Source: Trichoplax adhaerens (Eukaryota; Animalia; Placozoa). From it: a stretch of 64,000 bases of DNA. Under the pieces are notes generated by a model that was given only the letters and a program-made list of their open reading frames with translations, was not told where the DNA came from and made no database searches. The position numbers were made by a program, and so were the translations under genes. How positions within the stretch are numbered: the stretch's first letter is position 1; each line of letters begins with the position of its first letter. Location: contig NW_002060954.1 in the NCBI RefSeq assembly GCF_000150275.1, positions 1,860,001 through 1,924,000 of the forward strand. The letters are read 5' to 3'. This document shows, piece after piece, positions 41,660-55,000 of the stretch.

Positions 41660-43911
41660 AACTTTTAGCGATATCTAAGTAAATTTATGATTAATCGCTA
41701 ATCATTCTATAACGGATAATTTACTTTACAGAAATATTTTAATTTAACGATTTTTATGTACAGTGTAAAGTAAAGATGAAACTATGCACCGCTATCCGGA
41801 TCATTTCGAAATAGATGACATTGAACCTTATTTGTTGTTATCATGTACGTTTAAGTAGCACCGGAAATGCTCGTTTTACTTAGCCATCTTCATCATAAGA
41901 GCAATTCTCGCCTTAGAATCTATTGGTCCTCTAATAAAATACAAAATTTATATTGTCATCTATTACTACTCATATTACGGATAATATTACACCTAGTGCT
42001 AGAAGAAAGGATTGGCTATATGATAATGGATTATAGTGTATTGCATACTTTAACGGAACTTTGATGTTTTTTCTAATATGGCTCGTGCTCGAACAAGTAG
42101 TACTGTATTTTTGGACCTATTTTTGTTTTACTCTAATATGGATACAGGTTAAAGTCAGTCCTTAACTAACTACAGTACCTTAAATATAGCACGTAAATAT
42201 TACAGATAGGGTTGATAATCGTTACCGACCATGCTTATTTAATTAGTAAGCAGTGCTTAGAATAGCAAAAAGTAAACCGAGATCATGACTACTTTACCGA
42301 GTACGACATGCGATTGAATTAGTATAACTAAATAGGTAGAAAAAATGAATTTGAGAGTATTACAGCGCACGAAATGATGCGCATAAACTTTTACTATGCT
42401 AGAATGCTTGGCAAAAGGTTAAATACAATCGATAAACTCTTATGTTAATAATTATGATTAACTGTATATTGGACGAATAATATTTACTATTTGATATTTT
42501 AGTTCTCCGTATAGACTGAATAAGTCCACAATAGATCGAAAACTATTGGAATAAGTACAAAATATTGTTGATAATTCGCTCCATCCTAATGTAGTGTGCA
42601 TGATTGGAAGCTGAACTATGTCTAGTAATTTTTTGCTGTAGCTATTAGAAAGTAGAATTGGAAGAACCAAACCACCGGAAATTTTAACTCAAATTTTTTT
42701 CAAAAATCACGATGAAGACAGTTGTGATTGTGAAGTAATCATGGAGTACAAATATTATGCTACCTTTGATTAAAATACTAGTGTAGTAATAGCAGATATG
42801 TTATTAATTTTTTGTATTCGATTTTAGAAAGCAGGCTTGTCATCAATAAACCTGCAAATGTTGTACGCGTAGTATTATATAGTAAGAACAAGCATTAATA
42901 TAATGTAGACTCACGGTTAATCTTAAATGCTCCTTCTAATACAACAGTATTAACTGTATGATGAAGCTGATGACTTAAGTTGTGTGACCATACAGAACTT
43001 TGTATATAGCAAAACATTCTGATATCTTTATCATAAGCACTCTACCAAACTGAAATAATTATTGTGGCTTAATTGCTTGTATAACTAATGTACTTGCATC
43101 TGCAGTGATTTTGCGTACACTACAGCATCATACTTATCCTCTTCACGAGTCTCTAGATTAATAAACTAGTATCATAGCTACAGTTTAAGACTTTATGAAG
43201 GAGTTTGATGCCAATTTTTTTTTTGGGGGGGGGAGAATATAGGTATGTTGGTGTCTTCCACAATCATTTCCTCTGCACCTGATGTATGTTACACAATACG
43301 TATTTAATTTCAAGTCATAAGGCTTGCTAGTTTACTTTTCAAAATGTGTGCTCATTCCTTTTATTCGATCACAGCTACCTTACTGCTATATTTTGTTAGC
43401 TGCAGCTTTATAGTAGCATATCGCGGTCGATTTTAATTGGTAAATTGTTATTACATTACCAGTTTTATACACTAGTAAATAATTAATTAATGAGCTACGT
43501 AAAGAGACTTCTCCCAAGTAGAATTCTCATAATGCGAAAGGCCTAATCTTGGAATTGATCATTAAATAGCTAGATATATGCGATTGGTTAGGAGCAAAGT
43601 ATTATATAATATTGCACGGAAGTCATCTAAAATTAAATAATTGTTTTTATTATTAGTGTCGTATTATATTAATCGGAAATTCGAAGAAATTCTCGATAGG
43701 ATACGTATAATAATTTCAATTACCTATACTTTTAGTTGTATAAATGAACTCTACATTTGTAGAAAAAAACGTCAAGTCAAACTTTGTCCTAGTACAATAC
43801 AGTAAGTTGTATTAGTTTATCATTAAAAGCACACCACCGATCCATCGCTATCGAGCAATGATACCTAAAATCTAAAGTTGCGGTTTTAATAATACATTGT
43901 AACTCAACGGA

Positions 43912-44310
43912 TCATGATGATCTGGATAGAAGTGTATAAGCTACCACAGCAACTATTAACACGATAACAATTGTGCTAAAATTCGATCCTCCTTTATTCG
44001 TTTCTTGAGCATTTGGTGGGAAAAAGTGAACCTTGTAGTCCATCTCATTCACTTCTGACTGGACAATATCTCCAATATAATAATTCTGCATCATGCTTCG
44101 AGCGTCGGTAGAGTGGCCTACGTCTTCGAAAGCTTCTGTAGCTTCTTTGCCAGCCATTTCTAGCAATACTTCCTCTCCACCTGGATGTTCCTCCATAAAT
44201 TTCGACACGTCATACACCTTGTTATGTATTATCAACCATAGCGCCTGACCATTGTTGTGCTTAGCAACTTCTTCTCTGGTAAATGTCTTTGTCGATTCTT
44301 CAGAAGACAT
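43912..44310 (-). CDS. CYB5: Cytochrome b5, tail-anchored, intronless CDS
   Basis: 132 aa with [19 protein letters not shown], heme-ligand motifs EHPGGEEVL and FEDVGHS, and a C-terminal TM segment. Confidence 0.96.
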   Translation of the reverse strand: MSSEESTKTFTREEVAKHNNGQALWLIIHNKVYDVSKFMEEHPGGEEVLLEMAGKEATEAFEDVGHSTDARSMMQNYYIGDIVQSEVNEMDYKVHFFPPNAQETNKGGSNFSTIVIVLIVAVVAYTLLSRSS

Positions 44311-44411
44311 TTTTCCTTACTCCTTCAAGGCAATGAAACTGATAAAAAATGGCAACAATCACAAGTGCACGTTTACAATTTCTGAACTAAGACCACAGTC
44401 ACTTTTCTTTT

Positions 44412-44478
44412 TACTGTACAGTACAGTACTGTGCTGAGCGGTATTGTACTGTATTGCACAGTACAGTACTGTACTGCA
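44412..44478. promoter_or_regulatory. (GTACW)n array about 100 bp upstream of the cytochrome b5 start codon
   Basis: tactgtacagtacagtactgtgctg..tattgtactgtattgcacagtacagtactgtactgcag. Confidence 0.5.
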
Positions 44479-44910
44479 GGTTATAACCTCGGCGGTCAAA
44501 TAACCCAAGTACAAAAGTACCACCTAAGTCAAATAATAGGTTGTAACAAAGGGTTTTTACCCAAGTCAACAACAAGGAATCACGAATAACCCTTGTTTTT
44601 TTCAACAGTGATCATGGTGTTACCGGTATTACGACACGAGTTGTAAAAATGGTTAGACCGACCATGCATGTAACAGCGACTGATAGTTTGTATTAGAAAC
44701 TTTAAAAAAATATAATTGTGTGATACTGTAATAAAAGTAATAAAAACATCAAGAGCCAATTACTCAAGGCTTTACTGATCTGTCTGCGTAGAATTTGAGC
44801 CAGAATTTAAAGACATAATTGAAGGCAACATAGCTGAACATCGTTCAACCAGTTCACAGGGCGTGGCGTGCCCCTGGAATAAAAATGAAATAAAATAATA
44901 GTGGTCCAAT

Positions 44911-46290
44911 TACAGTACAGTACATACTGTACAGTACTGTACGCTTGCATCATCATTAAACTACAGTACTGTACTGTAGTAATGACGGTTACTACAGTAC
45001 TGTACTGTACACTGTACACAGTACAGTACCGTAAATGGAGATGAGGAAAAATTCGAAAACCGGTTCGAACGTACTGGAGTGTAACCAGTACTAAGTATCA
45101 GTGTCAGTGTCACGTGTAATACAGCACAACGTGTGCTTATAACTGACTATAACTGAGTACTTTACCGAAATGGCACTACAGATAGAGTACGGCATTTGGA
45201 CGGACAGACGCTTGACCTCATTTCGTCATCAAATTGTGTCCAACACCTCGTTAAAAATTAGGAGTCAACTTATGACTATAGAAAAATAAAAAACTAGAAG
45301 TTTTAAAAGCTTGGCCGACACGATTACTGTACTGTACAGCACTTGTACTTTACAGTAGTATGCAGACAGCCGATTCTGAATTGACTGATTTTTTCTAAAT
45401 TAAGTAATTGATTGCATCCCATTACCTACTGCTAAACCGCTGCATGGAAGATAGACGGACTTTTCTTACCAAATATAATGAGGTCATCAATATCGAAAAA
45501 TGATTACTTACTTAGAATGGGTCTTCCATATCTGTTTTCTAAATCACTGGTTCTAATTTAAATAGCGTCTATGATCTTATAGAACTGCTTTTAAGTAGAA
45601 TTTTGTAACAGATAATAAGATTTAATGAAATATTTCTTAATGAAGAAAACATCAGTCAATTCAAAATCGACCTTTTGCATATTAAACTACTACCAAAACG
45701 AGGTATTTGGCAGATACGCGTATTTTGACGCAATGAAGTCGAAAATATCCGTCCGTCTGAAGAGCGATACAAATACTGTAATGAAGAAATGATGATCATG
45801 CAATACACTACAGTACAGTGCAATACTGTACAGTACAGTACATTGTACCGCATACAGTACTGTACACTGTACTGTACAGTACACTGTGTACAGTACAGTA
45901 TACTGTACGTACAGTGTGCTGTAGTACTGTACAGTACAGTATGATATGATGACAGTCATAGGATCAATCTTTGAATAACAGTTTCGGCGGTTTCGTTATA
46001 CTGTATGACACATTTTTACTGAAAATACATTTTGCAAAACTACAGTTAGTTTTCAGCTCCCGTAATTACACGATTTTCAAGTACGATTTGTACAATGAAA
46101 ACTGACAATCTGATTTGGGAAGATTCAAATACAGTACTGTACAGTACAGTACTGTAATCTTCCTACAGGCGTTACAGATGTACTGTAACTACTGTACTGA
46201 CCGCAGTGTGCGTAATGTCCGTACTGTAAGTAGTAAAGAAGAAGGAAGTTCCAAACACTGCTCACTAAATTGTAATGTACAGTACAGTAA
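44911..46290. repeat. Four further (GTACW)n arrays (44911-45030, 45325-45360, 45772-45940, 46128-46290) with no recognised adjacent gene
   Basis: Dense GTACA/GTACT units in both orientations. They generate the spurious Y/C/T/V/Q-rich ORFs in the track. Confidence 0.8.
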
Positions 46291-47582
46291 ATAAAAGATT
46301 TCCTTTTCGTTGCTGAATCTTCATTGTATCATTAAATAATGAGAGTATCAATGCCCATTTCCTACCTACTCACTTGCGTAATATTATACTTTAGTATAAC
46401 TTCACATTTCCTTTGCATGCAACGTATTCCTTCTACATTGATTAATCATTTATTGTTTTCACATGACGGAATTTAAATTAAACTAGCTTGGTAAAGCTGA
46501 TATAGTTAAAGGTTACAGTCTCTGAATCATTCAGATCTAATTTGACGAATCTAATGCATATTACCCTAAAACTAATTCTGCACCAGAGAAGTAAATTGTT
46601 AATCTTAGTAGAGCAACAGCAATGCAACTACTTTTGGAAGGTAGTATATTATGAATATTAGACCTATTTCAAATCATTCCACGCCATGTACAGATTAAAC
46701 ATACTGTACAATAATGTAATACCGACAGCTACCGTAGTCCGTTTTGTCTCTATCATGCACAATCAATAAGATTACACAGAGTACGCATAGTACTGTATAG
46801 CTTGCATTAAATTATTGAGGATGTGCGTACTTATTTTAATTTAGGAAATATACAGTATGATATATTTAGTTTAATTTAAAGCCTGCATCATTTAGATGTT
46901 GTACAAGGCACCATAAAAATTAGCGATTGCTTCATGGTTATATCACGCCGCCGCATGAATGATGATCGAGATAGTAAATAGCTGAAAAATTAAATTTATT
47001 TATTTACTATAAAATTAATTCATCTTACTGTTAGTTATAAAAATAATAATCTTAAAAATTTCAATTATTAAAAAAAAATAAAGGTCATCTTAGGTCGCTG
47101 CCACTCGTATACAATGTAACATTTACAACATTGTACTGTAGTCGGTTCTAGATTTAAAGTAATACTTGACATAGTCAAGACTATAAATATATACATTTAT
47201 ATTTCATACCACATCGTGAAGTACTATATTCTCGTCTAAAAAATAATTTTTGCACTAATAAATTCTGGATTCACTGCTATTGTCTTTAATAGATATACAG
47301 GCTACAGCATGGTATGAAAATAATCAGTAAAGCGTAAGAAAAACTCTTAGGTATTGTTGATAAAATACGATAATATTATTCATCGAAAGTTGGCTATTCC
47401 ATAATTGAAAGCGAATTTAATATACAAAACTTTATCGTTTCATAAGATCCTTAATCTTAATAAATTTAGAGGTTATTTTCACATAATCAGAGAATGAAGA
47501 AACAGTCAGAAAACGGTAGCCGGGATTAAATCATAAGTCTTTATGTGATATAGGTATGATATGCTCTATGTAGATCGAATAT

Positions 47583-50222
47583 CTAGGCATCAGGTTGATG
47601 TTTATTGGAGTCTGTAATATTTCTGCATCCCACACTACCTCTTCGGCTTTTCTTACGTTTTATTGCATCATTAATTCTTTGTATTAGTCTGATCGTTAAA
47701 ATGATAGAGTAAACGGCAGTAACTGCTGCCATCATAAACGTCCAGCGATAGCATTTTAAGCCGTAACAGGTTAAACCATCACCTGGTCTGATGTAGAACT
47801 GGTAAATTGCTGCAAAAACACGTTGATAAACGATTGTACCTGTTGCAGTACTTAGCATCATCCAACCCCAATTCCAACCAAAATTTCTGGTACCAAATAA
47901 CTCACTTATCATAGTTGGTGTCAAACACCAAATCGATCCGAAGGAAGCTCCAATAACGATTGAATTTAATACTAATACAGCATAACTACCCAGGAAAAAC
48001 ATTGAAATAAATTGCATAACAGCTAATAGTATCAACCAGAAAAGTAAAATAGTAGCTCGAGGGACTCTGTGAATAAGTCGGTCAGAGACGTAACCTGCGA
48101 TAATACGGGCAACACAACTTGCCACAGGCGTTAAAGTCGATAGGAATCCATTATCTTTACCTAAATGAAAAGACTCTAAAATAGATGAGACGTTATTCAT
48201 ATAAGTCAAACCAACACCACCACCAATATTAGCAATCCAAAATATATATTGGAAATCAAGATTGATTAGAATGGAAAAGCCACCCATATCACCAAGGATA
48301 GCGTCATCAGTATCTTTATCAGGTTCAAAGCATGAGTCATTCGATTTAGTTGATACACTATCTTGTGTACATACATTCACTGATAAAATTTCTTCATCAG
48401 GAGGTAATAATTTTAAGAAGATTATTGCTAAAATATTAACAATGACGATTACAATTGCACACATTAAGAAGAATCCCTTGAGATTCTGTTTTTCTTCGTC
48501 GCCATTATCATGTCCGTTAACAAATGAACCTGCGTAGATAGCAGCAAATATTGCCGCACTACCACCATACATTGCATCTACGCAACCAACCACGGTTCCT
48601 CGTAGCCGAAGAGGATAATTATTGATTGTCGTCATTAAGCACGCCATGTATGTTATGGTGCTTCCTTGGCCTAAACAGTTGATAGTTACAATTTGTTGGT
48701 ATATTAATAAAAAAGAAAGAATTAAATCTTCACATTAAGTAGTCATACTCTTCTAGACTCCACAAGTAACGCCTGTTGTGATGATAGCATGTAAAATTGT
48801 AAATCACTTGTATATGTTACGTGTTTTTAATGTCAGTTTGGTGCAATAGTTGTCATGGTAAAGTAATAATGATATTTGTATAAAAGATAGCGATAGTCTC
48901 CTAATAACTCGTATTTATAATATATCTTTCACGTTTCACCTCGAAATGAAGTCAGACAGACTTGCCTTCAATTATAATTATTGGACAAACTTACATCGAC
49001 TATATGCTACGTTACAGCATACTCGTACATGCAAGTAATATATTGTCCGTTCACTCCCACTTTTAATTTTAACCTATTGTAGTATTAGTAAGCCTTGCAT
49101 ACAATAGCAGCGAATGATATATTCACGTTTATAGATACTTGTTTGGCACTACGTTGCCTAAATTATAGGGTTTAAGAAAGTATTGTTGCTCACAGTGTTT
49201 CAGTGTCATAGTATAGATTATGGTACAGCGCCTCTACTGATTGTGAGTCTTTTAGAAGGGTAGTTATTATGCGTTATAGTAGCAGTACTATTCTTACTAG
49301 ATCTTTCGACAGATAAGGGTGGAAACTGTAGAAGTAACTCAAAGTAAGTGCTTTACGTTAGACTAGTAAATTTGTCAGTAAGTAGTCCATGACAATACTG
49401 TAGACCAGTGTCCTTAAAAGGCAACCCGAAACCCGACTCGAGGCGGGATTCGGGTGAAGAATTTCTGTAGCGATACAGCGTTTGTCTAGTGATTGCACTT
49501 ATTTCGGGTTAGAAAATCAACAATTTGATCGGGTTCGGGTTACGTTTTCACTCCATTGGAGGACTCTGCTGTAGACTGTTAGAGGGTAAGACTTGGTATC
49601 TCCACGGCCGATTCTAAGTCGAACTGCAATTTTCTCGTGCTCAACTGAATGGGACTGAGTCGTGAAGATAGCTAGCTAGTTAAGACTCAAGAGTACATTT
49701 TTATAACCGTAATTCAAGTACTTTAAATGTAGATAATGCCCAAAGGGCTTGGTTGTTGTTGAAAAATTACTGTAAGCGCAAAATCTTATTAAATGTCATT
49801 ATTCAATCATAAGCAATACGTACCGACAATAAAGTAGAAGAGACATTGCCAACCGTACGCTGTAGAGAAGTAATCTTTGAGTAAAACACTCATCCACATT
49901 AGCATGTATCCTGAGCTGTAAACAATCAGACCCAGGAAGGCAGTCCACTTCGGACCGTATCGATTGAAGAATATTCCTACCGGAAATCCTATGCAGGTGC
50001 CGACATTTCCCATTGCCGAAATTGTTTCAACTGTGGTGTCCATTAGAAAGTAACATAATAAGATAAAATAGCATACGTATACATTAATTAAGTTAAACCA
50101 ACAGTTATATATACAGCACTAGATTGCAATTTATTAACATTCTTATAACTACATCGAATCATTTTGTACGCCTGAATATTTATTTCTTTCACATGAAACA
50201 TACGAACTCTTTTAACTATGAC

Positions 50223-50256
<34 letters not shown>

Positions 50257-50950
50257 CATTATTATGCATAATTAAATAGCGAAACTTCAATCGTTCAAAT
50301 AGCTACCTAAGCACTACTGTATATCTGATGATATACAACATTTTAAAAGTTTCAATTTGCACGATTGTTATGAAATTACCCATTTACTAACTATTCCACT
50401 GCATTAGCTACAGCTCAAGCTCCAGACTGCACAGTGCACAGCCCTAGCCTTTCTGCAACCTTAGAAGGTCAATGAGGATTCTAGACTTAGGAGTGGTGCA
50501 ATTAATAATATTTTTTTAAATATAAGAACTTACGCGTATGATTAATTAATTAATTTTTACTACTAATATGATTAGGTCTATTCTAAACATTACTGCTACT
50601 ATATTGATATTCAATCTATAACTATAGATTGAATACAATATATTACCGTGATCGCATCGTATACTGTAATAATTGGCCGTTAAGCAAAACATTGCAGAAA
50701 AGACTAGACTTTAACATAAATACAGCAAAGTAAAGTACGCTACATGTACATTTGATACAATATGGATTATATTATTCCTTTGCAAGTACTGACCTTCCGA
50801 TTGATCGTAACCGAAAGTCTTCTTGAAGGCTGGCTCAAAGGCACTAAAAGCATACAATGTACCACTTATCGCCATACCCATCAAAGCGACTATAAACGCT
50901 GTCGTTCGCCGAATCATCACTCGATCATATCGGATCCTTGATAAATCCAT
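47583..50950 (-). CDS. Major facilitator superfamily transporter, nodulin-like (NFD4/Mch1-type), 3 exons
   Basis: Exons 50794-50950, 49824-50030, 47583-48670 splice in frame. Motifs: SGTLYAFSAF..FGYDQSE, GFPVG..RYGP, NNYP..RGTVVG..AMYGGSAAIF, RIIAGYVSD, PTMISELFG..NFG.NWG, CYG.KCY. Confidence 0.88.
49406..49568. mobile_element. 163-bp non-autonomous hAT-like MITE in MFS intron 2
   Basis: Perfect 8-bp direct repeat CTGTAGAC at 49398-49405 and 49569-49576. Termini CAGTGTCCT and AGGACTCTG are inverted (8/9). Subterminal AACCCG(A) repeats on the left mirror TCGGGTT repeats on the right. Confidence 0.8.
50224..50253. repeat. (TAA)10 microsatellite in MFS intron 1
   Basis: Direct reading. Confidence 0.95.
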
Positions 50951-51112
50951 AATTACTTGTATTTATCAAGCTTAAAGCAAGCGTAATTATAAGATTAGGA
51001 AAAAGATAAGTGCTTGTAAATCTACTCTATCTATCTACAGGAATGAATGATACACCTACTGTAGGTTTAAGGTTATAACAAGGACTGTAAGACCTGCGAA
51101 GGCGCCTTGTAT

Positions 51113-51645
51113 GTACTGTACACAGTGTACAGTAGAATGAAAAGCTTAATTAAATTAAAGTACTGTACAGATACAGTACAATACACGTACAGTACACTAC
51201 AGTACAGTACTGTACAGTACACTACTTGACCAGACTCACTTTCAACTACAGTATAGTACAGTGTAGTTGTTTACCTTTACCTCTATGGTTTATTTGCCTA
51301 CTAAACTCATGATAATCACGCTTCAAATCCCAAAGCCTGCAATGCTGGAAGTTTTATTTGCCGTTTGAACTTGACAGGACTTTACTGTACACTGTACAGT
51401 ATGTAGATTCAATTACTGTAATGCACATGTCTGAGGGGTCTGCTATACAGTACTGTACAGTACAAAGTTTTTATACGCGATTGTAAAGTATACAGTATAC
51501 TGTACACTGTACTGTATTGTACTGTATGCTGGTTAACTTTAACCTTTTCTGCTTTGACCTTATTATTATACAGTACAGTATATTTTACGTAAGGTATAAA
51601 ATGTTTGTGTACCGTGATATAGTACTGTACACTGTTATACTGTAA
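51113..51645. promoter_or_regulatory. (GTACW)n arrays in the MFS-ZDHHC divergent intergenic region
   Basis: Multiple blocks, e.g. gtacagtacactacagtacagtactgtacagtac and tacagtatactgtacactgtactgtattgtactgta. TCAGTC at 51685. Confidence 0.5.
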
Positions 51646-52072
51646 TAGTAGGTTGCGTATATGAAACAGAGGATTTGCTTTTCATCAGTCAGTGCTAGTC
51701 ACCACTCACTCAGAGATAATCAGTCGTCAATACCATCGTTACAGTCAGATGGCATGAAAGTTACTCCAGTCTCCAACAGTGATTGACCTAGAAATTCTCT
51801 AAGACAGCAGTCTATTAATTGGCTTTGGTTGCTTTTCAACATCATTTACGGTTGTTACTAAATTATAAAAATTGAAAAATTATTTATTGTACCGGCATAT
51901 ACGTACAGTGCAATAGTGTATAACATACTGCGGTATTATACTGTACAGGACAGTTTATTCCTACTGGTGTTGCCGTATTTCTTCGCTTTAATCATCACTT
52001 TTTTGGAATGGTAACATTGATTTGAACATTAGCACACCAGTTGGTCTTGTTAAGCATATTGTGGATACCAAT

Positions 52073-55000
52073 ATGAGAACTAAAAGCAAACGCTGGTTTA
52101 TCAATGATTCATGTGGAATTTGTTGTGTAGTATTTACGTATCTTCTGATCTTCTTTGCCGAATGCGTAGTCCTCTTTGTGACTCTGCTTCCAGAATCCTC
52201 AACTTCTTCTACAGTGCATGCAATCATATATAATGTTCTAATCATCTTAGCTGTAGCGGCTCATTATAAGACCATGGTAACTGACCCAGTAAGTTTTAAA
52301 ATTACCTTTACAAAACGGTGTAAAATACTGTAGACATACAGTACTGTATATTCAAACGGTTCTGATTATCATAATGACAATATTTTTATAGCTTCATTGT
52401 ATCAAATTTGACACCATTTATACCGCGTCGTAAGTGATATATTATAGACGTAGAATTCTTGCTATATAAACGTAATTAGTAATCACCATGATGATGTTCA
52501 TCCAAGACCGACGATGAATTACTAATATGCTATCGTGCGAGTAGTTGCCCTAATCACTATCGTTCCTGGTGCAGTGTTTAAATGCCCGGGTCCTTACATG
52601 GACCGTGACATTTATAGTTATACTGTACGCATATGCAGTGGTAGTTCACACAGATTTACAGTATAGTACGACAAAGTAACATATTAATGTAGAATTACTT
52701 TTACTTTTAAGTGTACGCAACATACATTTTAATGCTGCATAAAATGTTATATACTGTAGATCGTTGTTATAGTACTGTAAATTTTAAACCTTAATTCTTC
52801 TACCAAGATATCAAAAATCAGAAAATTTATTCCCCTTAATGTTACTGTATCCGTGTACACTGTATAGTGTATATGTTTCTGTTACACTGCACACATCTGT
52901 ATACAAACTATTATAGTGATACTGTCAGTATTGCCAGTACCCGGTGTACTGAACACTTTTACAGTACTGTACAACGTAAGGTTTGCTGCAGTGGTTTCAC
53001 TTACTCGCTGTACACCTGTAAGCGGTGAATTTGATAATTAGCAAAATTTAGGGTAAAACCACGGACCACTAAAAAGAAATTAGTCCGTGGTAAAACGGAC
53101 AGTCGTGTACTACTAAATACATCGATGCAATTTAGTAGTCCATGATACAGTACAGTAATTTTAAGAACAAATTAACATGTGGCAAACTCTGATTTCTTGG
53201 AGATATGTCTATATACTGTAATTATGAAAAGGGATGGCCTTCACGGGCCTCTATAATCATGATATTTTGGTATTCAACAGATGGCCTGGATAGCATTATG
53301 TTCAGCTCAGTATAATTTAAGAATAATTATTATAATAATTTGTTTAATTTCATTCACAGGCCTTTGTTTATATTATATAAATTGTAGAGTACTGCCAGCA
53401 CACTACGCTCTACTACTTTAGTGTACGAGCAATACCATAGTTATGGATCCATGGATATCATGGCATTTTAATCTTTAACTGATAGGCGGCATTACAGATG
53501 GCAGGAGTGCTAATTAGTAGCCTAGTTTTGTTACTGAATTTACTTCACTAAGAGGTGTTATGAGTGTCGTAAAAGCTGGCATTTCTTGATTAATGTAAAA
53601 GATAGAAATGAATGATGTTGAGTACTGTACCTGTAAAAAGGAATGATGTTTGCTCACTTGATATGCTCGTAAATTTATCCTGAATAGGGTGCAGTACCAA
53701 TCGGAAATGCAACGCCAGAAGCATTAAGAAATCTGAGAGATAATGGCAGTTTTCGTGATATGGTAGTCGTGAAATGTGTAAAGTGTGAATGTATAAAACC
53801 TGAGAGGGCGCATCATTGTAGGTAGGAATGAGATTTGTGGATCTGTTCATCAAGATATAGCGTTGTACAGTATTACAAATCGCTGTTATGTTAGATTACG
53901 CTGCCGCTCAGGTACTAATAACTGTATTATCTGTCTTCACATTTCAGAGTTTGCAACCGTTGCATCCGGTAAGACTTTAATATTGTTGGGCTCTTGTATT
54001 CATATTTATGTTTACGTAGCATAACACTCTTTTACGTGACAAAAAGCAGCATTTGCAATACAAAATGTAAATCAACACTGATGTATCGCAATATTCGCAT
54101 CTCGAATCATAGAGCTATCAGAAATGTCTTAGTTCTATTTTGAATTTATTGCAACTTTTTTTTATTTAGTCATTGGTTATTCTTTAACGTGTTTCTAATT
54201 AAGTTTGATTGTTATACGAGTATATCTGAATACTATATTACATTAAAATGTACCGAAAAACTTATTCTTCTCCATATCATTATCTAACGATTCTTGAATG
54301 TATCATTATAATGCTAATGTAGAAAAATGGATCATCATTGTCCTTGGTAAGTGTTTTAGTTTCAGCATGAATTTAACTCTTTACCGGCTATCTGAAGACA
54401 AGTGCCTTAACATAACTTAATCTTAATTTTTCGCTATGTCAATGTAACTCTGCATCTAGGGTTAATAACTGTGTTGGAGAGTACAACCAAAAATATTTCG
54501 TTTTGTTTACGGTAAGTTTCACTGTAATAGATCAATACGTGAAATTCATTATAGATTAAAGAATATATTCATACAGTTTTGACCAAATATATGATCATCA
54601 GGTGATTGAATGTCAATTTTTAGAAAGATCTACAGTTTACGATTTGTTTTGCTTTACTTGCAGATGTATATATGCTTATCCTCAATTTATTCGATATTCC
54701 TGGGTATTCGGCATTTTATTATTTGCCATAGTATCGAGGCTAGAAGTAAGTTAGGTTTAATAGCTTTTAGTATTATTGCAAGTCGATTCTAAAACTGTAG
54801 GGATAGTGCTTCCTGGATTTAAAAGCTGTCTTCCAATTTACACAGACTGTAAGCCATTTTCGCTGCCCGCAACCATCGTCTTTGTTGTTGCATTATTATT
54901 CGAAGGCCTACTTTTCGGACTTTTTACACTGATAATGTGGTCTTCTCAGATGTATGCAATAGCTAATGATGAAACGGTCGGTCTCTTTGCTTAATACGTA

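Noticed and set aside
43215-43233. T-run followed by G-run (similar at ~61188-61201)
   Set aside because: Simple homopolymers with no supporting structure.
44252-45959. Short ORFs rich in Y/C/T/V/Q (44411, 44807, 45656, 45690; also 58619, 59208)
   Set aside because: They are translations of the (GTACW)n arrays, not protein-like.
45946-46022. ATGATGA ... CTGA spaced like a box C/D snoRNA
   Set aside because: The terminal stem is weak and I could not identify a >=10-nt rRNA/snRNA antisense guide. A snoscan/Rfam search would be needed.
44412-46290. Arrays plus unique spacers as a CRISPR-like locus
   Set aside because: The repeats are degenerate and variable in length, spacers are 200-450 bp, there are no cas genes, and the context is eukaryotic.
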